Shown piece by piece: positions 31,130 to 32,000 of a DNA stretch of 32,000 nucleotides (position 1 is the first letter of the stretch; the number at the start of each line of letters is the position of its first letter). Under the pieces are notes generated by a model. It was not told the DNA's origin. It did no database searches and was given only the letters and a program-made list of their open reading frames with translations. Position numbers and translations under genes: made by a program. The stretch comes from Nitrososphaera viennensis EN76. Its GTDB lineage: Archaea; Thermoproteota; Nitrososphaeria; Nitrososphaerales; Nitrososphaeraceae. The DNA is taken from the NCBI RefSeq assembly GCF_000698785.1, contig NZ_CP007536.1:2340001-2372000 (forward strand). The letters are read 5' to 3'.

Positions 31130-31834
31130 CTATAAACCTTGTACCCCTATGACAGGAGAGTGGTCCTCGAGCCACTCTTTGTGCTGCCTGTAGCCGGGGT
31201 CTGCCGACTCTACCAGCTGCCAGAACCTTTTAGAGTGGTTCATCTCTGTAATGTGGCACAGTTCGTGCACGATGACATAATCGATGACCTCTGCCGGCGC
31301 GGCGGAAAGTAGCAGGTTAAAGTTCAGGTTCCTTTTCTTTGAGCAGCTGGCCCAGCGCGATTTCTGGCGCTTTACTGTGAACTTGTTGTACGTCAGGCCA
31401 AGCCTAGCGCTCAGGCCAGGCAGGCGCTCTGCGATGACTTTTGCTGTTTGTTCTCTGTACCACTGCTCTATCTCTCGCTTGTACCTGCGCATGTCTGTCA
31501 CGTGGAACGTGGCCGTGCCAAGCCCGTCCGAAACAATGGCAGAAGCAAGCCTGTCCTTGACTAGGCGCACGCGGTACCTCCTGCCGAGATAATAGACGAC
31601 ATCGGATTCTGTGTGGCCGGTTTTTTCGCGCAGCCTGCTGTAATAGTTTGCAGTCTTGATTATCCAGTCGCGCTTGTACTGCACAAACTCTTGCAGCTTG
31701 TCCTCATCATAGCCTGCCGGCACCACCGCCTCGACCCCGCGTATGCCGGAAACAAGGCGCAGGCGCCTTGCCCTGCTGCTCGTCCTGACGCTGATGCACA
31801 GGATGCTGCCGTCGTCAAGCGGAAGCGAAAGCAA
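31130..31834 (-). CDS. M48/YgjP-like (DUF45) zinc metallopeptidase
   Basis: The HExxH motif sits in the context IDYVIVHELCHITEMNHSKRFW, and the length and layout are YgjP-like. Confidence 0.85.
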   Translation of the reverse strand: MLSLPLDDGSILCISVRTSSRARRLRLVSGIRGVEAVVPAGYDEDKLQEFVQYKRDWIIKTANYYSRLREKTGHTESDVVYYLGRRYRVRLVKDRLASAIVSDGLGTATFHVTDMRRYKREIEQWYREQTAKVIAERLPGLSARLGLTYNKFTVKRQKSRWASCSKKRNLNFNLLLSAAPAEVIDYVIVHELCHITEMNHSKRFWQLVESADPGYRQHKEWLEDHSPVIGVQGL

Positions 31835-31875
31835 GCCAGCGGAAATCCTGCGTGCCAGCTTTAAAGTCTTGTGCG

Positions 31876-31887
31876 CAATTATATTGC
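31876..31887 (+). promoter_or_regulatory. Putative TATA promoter (caATTATATTGC)
   Basis: It has the same motif as at 13825 and 14964. It is centred about 28 nt upstream of the ATG at 31911. Confidence 0.35.
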
Positions 31888-31910
31888 ACCTTTTTCAAAC
31901 AACTGTTGAT

Positions 31911-32000
31911 AATGCCTGTTGCCATCAGGATAAAACAGGGCGGCCTTGAGAAGGCTTTATCATCTCTTGACATCGACGAGGGAGTGAGGATCGAGTCCGG
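31911..32000 (+). CDS. 5' end of an unidentified gene that runs off the right edge
   Basis: The frame is open from the ATG to the window end (MPVAIRIKQGGLEKALSSLDIDEGVRIES...). A promoter-like motif sits at leaderless distance. It is too short to identify. Confidence 0.35.

Overview
This is an archaeal chromosome segment, most consistent with a Nitrososphaera-like soil ammonia-oxidising thaumarchaeon; that assignment is an inference. Supporting signs are an archaeal-type TyrRS, a tRNA-Val without encoded CCA, TATA boxes about 25-30 nt upstream of start codons (leaderless style), and two proteins with PEFG-type C-terminal sorting signals. Spot counts give about 55-58% G+C in coding sequence. 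I support about 40 genes. Housekeeping calls are tmk, an HD phosphohydrolase, Hsp20, an ABC1/UbiB kinase, a Nudix hydrolase, TyrRS, an M20 peptidase, an aldo/keto reductase, pterin carbinolamine dehydratase and a large radical SAM enzyme. There is also a ComA-family enzyme fused to a wHTH domain, next to a sulfonate/nitrate-type ABC transporter.

The strongest candidate for something undescribed is at 4346-8942. A 1250-aa protein carries an N-terminal P-loop NTPase followed by about 25 tandem 33-aa 'F-A-x-G-L-G-x-G-L-G' repeats that I cannot place in a known family. It is followed 31 nt later by a stand-alone class III nucleotidyl cyclase.

Other notable items:
- A 159-bp MITE-like element (21-bp perfect TIRs, 6-bp TSD) sits in the M20 peptidase promoter region.
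- A tRNA 3'-half remnant lies next to tRNA-Val, at the edge of an AT-rich tract of decaying Rieske, flavoprotein, tautomerase and ABM genes.
- A perfect 23-bp palindrome lies in the divergent promoter of the ComA-wHTH gene.
- Several genes carry 1-nt frameshifts, mostly at short homopolymers, so they are either real pseudogenes or sequencing undercalls.

I saw no rRNA, CRISPR array, integrase or transposase.
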